Positions 49,076 to 51,637 of a stretch of 51,637 bases of DNA are shown one piece after another. The stretch comes from Nemertoderma westbladi (taxonomy: Eukaryota > Animalia > Xenacoelomorpha). The notes beneath the pieces are model-generated. The model saw nothing but the letters and a program-made list of their open reading frames with translations. It was not told the DNA's origin and ran no database searches. A program made the translations under genes and the position numbers. The stretch's first letter is position 1. Every line of letters begins with the position of its first letter. The stretch is taken from assembly GCA_032718475.1 (NCBI GenBank), contig JAUCBJ010000243.1:1-51637 (forward strand), given 5' to 3'.

Positions 49076-50362
49076 TTGATACTGGACCAAGATGCTGATG
49101 ATGAAATTCTTCGTCTATCCCAAGAGCTGGAACTCGATGATGCAGCTTACGTTTTCAGTAATAGAAATTCCAATACTCAATCAAGCACCAATCAAGCTGT
49201 ATCTGCTTTTCGCACATATTTAAGGCTCGTTGATTTCAATCAAGAAATTTACGAAATGTGTGTAAGTGACCTTGCTCAACAGACCAATGGTTTCCTCCGA
49301 AGATATAAGAAAAAGAACGGTGAAAAACTTGAGACCACTACACTTAAGACCTATTTTTATGGGATCTTACTTTATTTTCGCGATGTTGGGTTTGGCAATG
49401 TTTTAAGCCTTCCTGAATTCTGTGACACGAAGTCTGTGTATAAAACAAGGTTGCAGCAGCTAAAAGCTGATGGAAAGAGTAACTTGGCGAGAGCAAGTGA
49501 TGCTTTAGATGTGGACGATTTTAAAATTCTGAAAGAAAAGGGGCTAATTGGATGCGAAACACCACTTATGTTACGCAATACACTTTATTGCTTGTTGTGC
49601 ATGCACTTTGGTTGTCGGGCAGGACAGGAAATGAGGGACATGAATGTCGGTGACATTAGAATATTGTATTGTCAGAAAGAAGGTAAAGAATTCCTGCAAT
49701 GGGTGGAAAGATCTACAAAAACGCGTAAAGGGGACAGCTTGCCAAGGAAAATGATTTCAAAGGCGTTCGAAGTGCCCAATGATCATAGTTGTTGCCCTGT
49801 CACTTTACATAGGATGTATCTACATAAAGGTTTTCCGCTAGGGAATGTGAATATCAACGATCCTTATTGGATGAAAGCTAAGACATCCGTTCCTATCGAT
49901 TGTAGTAGCTGGTATTGTAACCAGCCTATTGGCAGAGACGGATTTTCTCGAATAGTTAAAGAGCTGATGAGGGAATCAGGTTTAGATTCGGATGGTAGGA
50001 GAATCACTCCAATGAGCTACAGGAAAACCACTGCTCAGGCCATAGTGGATGGCAATCTACCGTCAAACTACGCACAACTACAGCTCGGCCATAAGAATCT
50101 TGGCACCACTACATCATACATTCGACCCAATGCGGCTGCAAAACGCAATATCAGCAGTGCTATTAGTAGCGTGATATCTGGAGGAGGTGCAGCCGCCGAA
50201 TATTCCTCATTTTCCGCAACATCGACGAACCAAAATAGCCAAGAAGTTGGTCTGAACATTGTTACAGTGTCTAAATCATCCGACATTGAAAGACCAACCC
50301 CGTCATTCCTGCAGGGTGCTACCTTCAATGGCACAGTTAATATTTATTATGGAAATCCATAA
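49076..50362 (+). CDS. Crypton-type tyrosine recombinase (DUF3504-like); start codon uncertain
   Basis: TP..L..TL....MHFGCRAGQE, ERSTKT, CPV, WY.NQPIG, TPMSYRKT, GHKN....SY; 428 open codons. Confidence 0.85.
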   Translation: MILDQDADDEILRLSQELELDDAAYVFSNRNSNTQSSTNQAVSAFRTYLRLVDFNQEIYEMCVSDLAQQTNGFLRRYKKKNGEKLETTTLKTYFYGILLYFRDVGFGNVLSLPEFCDTKSVYKTRLQQLKADGKSNLARASDALDVDDFKILKEKGLIGCETPLMLRNTLYCLLCMHFGCRAGQEMRDMNVGDIRILYCQKEGKEFLQWVERSTKTRKGDSLPRKMISKAFEVPNDHSCCPVTLHRMYLHKGFPLGNVNINDPYWMKAKTSVPIDCSSWYCNQPIGRDGFSRIVKELMRESGLDSDGRRITPMSYRKTTAQAIVDGNLPSNYAQLQLGHKNLGTTTSYIRPNAAAKRNISSAISSVISGGGAAAEYSSFSATSTNQNSQEVGLNIVTVSKSSDIERPTPSFLQGATFNGTVNIYYGNP

Positions 50363-50602
50363 ATACTAAATAAATTCCGCATTTCATACAAACTTTTCGT
50401 ATACGTATTACTTTGATCATACAGATACTGTTATACTCTATATAAAATAATATGCAATTATACTAATTATTACATACTTTATTCGCTTAAATATAGTGTC
50501 ACTTTTGTCACACTCAGCACACTTAGGCTAGTATAATTTATTGATAAGAATAATAAGCATATGCAATATTATCGTACAAAAAAGTCTCAACTCACTTTCT
50601 TT

Positions 50603-50914
50603 CCCCTAAAATATCCACACCCCGTTTTAATACTTCTGCCCCCAAACTAAAACCCATTTAGAAATGTGGGAAACCTGAGATAATGATTGGAATTAAATCG
50701 TAGACCATTTTTTAGTTATATATAAGATATATTATGCAATACAGCTTGTTAGTTATTTCTCCCCAGGGAATAATAACCGTTTTGAAATAAAATATAATAC
50801 ATAAAGAATTACTAAATTGAAAATAAGAATATATTTGTACCCCCAAAATATCCAAGCCCCATTTTAATACTTCTGCCCCCAAACTAAAGCCCTTTTAGAA
50901 ATGTGGGAAACCTG
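50603..50914. repeat. Two ~74-bp direct repeats (50603-50676 and 50841-50914), followed by an AT-rich palindrome at 50935-50990
   Basis: ttttaatacttctgcccccaaactaaa..tttagaaatgtgggaaacctg occurs twice. Confidence 0.75.
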
Positions 50915-51499
50915 GTAAAATTGGTTAATAACTCATTTATTACCAGGTTATTTAGTAATAAATAACCTGGTTAATAACCTGGTAATAAATTATGTAGATT
51001 GGTATTATTATTTATTAACGTCATAAGATCACGTAGTTAAAGGTATGAGACACATTAAATACATTCATTATATAAATTATTACAATAGAAAAACAACCCC
51101 CCCCCCCCATCCTCCTCTTGTATCCGCCACTGGTAGGTGAATTAATTACTATAGAAAATAAGAATACAATATAAGGTTGGTGCCTTTATTTTATATTGCC
51201 CATTGCAATTTGCTGTTGTTTGACAGTGACGAAAAACTACAAGTTTTGTCTTTTGTTTTTTGTGATAATTATGGGTTGTTATATTATATATAGTTTTACA
51301 TATCAGGTTTTCAGACAATTTGTGTGTAGTACTTTTGATCGATTTAATTCGAACATAGTTCCTTTGACCCATTAATTGATTGTTTTTTACTAAATATGTT
51401 TAATTGTGTTTATATTAGTTTGAATGTTCATTCCAGTAAAAATATTATTGGTGTGTTGTTCAACAATTTGTAATGAGTTATTAAATTAGTTTGAGTGAA

Positions 51500-51616
51500 A
51501 AATCAAATTCGGTTTCATGGGGGGGGGGGGGGGGGGGGGGGGGGGACAACCCCCCCCCCCCCCCAGACCATATTTGAGTCGGTGCAAATCGCACTAGTTG
51601 ATGCACGGAGGGTTAA
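51500..51616. mobile_element. Probable piggyBac-type MITE terminus
   Basis: Ends in ...ggagggTTAA after G-run and C-run subterminal sequence; the partner end was not found. Confidence 0.45.
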
Positions 51617-51637
51617 GATGGTTCACAACACCATGAA

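Noticed and set aside
49076-50362. Phage integrase or bacterial contamination
   Set aside because: The motifs match eukaryotic Crypton/DUF3504 proteins, and the flanks are eukaryotic repeats with no prokaryotic genes.
42411-51131. One large hAT element from caggcgtggatccagg to tatccgccactg enclosing Kolobok and Crypton
   Set aside because: The ends are only loosely complementary and the 8-bp flanks (caggtgga versus gtaggtga) do not match; more likely two separate MITE ends.
1-51637. Uni-strand piRNA cluster
   Set aside because: Transposon coding strands are mixed and an intact host gene spans much of the region; this cannot be supported without small-RNA data.

Overview
AT-rich eukaryotic DNA, most likely from an invertebrate animal (inferred from the GT-AG introns, EGF exons and transposon families). 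The backbone is one spliced gene on the minus strand whose 5' and 3' ends are not found in the window. Ten exons can be read. They encode the C-terminal half of a PAN/Apple-like domain, a linker, a 4-Cys EGF-like module and a run of calcium-binding EGF domains. The EGF run grew by tandem duplication of a three-exon A-C-B unit and has since lost exons. The introns hold nested transposons from about a dozen superfamilies: RTE, CR1, Penelope-like, CRE, a full-length Mag-type Ty3/Gypsy element with near-identical LTRs, PIF/Harbinger, hAT, pogo, a MULE-like MITE, Academ, Kolobok, Crypton and a piggyBac-like end. The three most unusual items are: (i) an open Crypton-type tyrosine recombinase ORF with MxxR in place of HxxR, next to a structured 529-bp unit bounded by 60-bp direct repeats; (ii) a ~310-bp tandem repeat carrying a tRNA-like cloverleaf on an extended stem; (iii) the EGF exon array showing duplication and loss. 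All family assignments come from motifs recognised by eye; no database searches were run.
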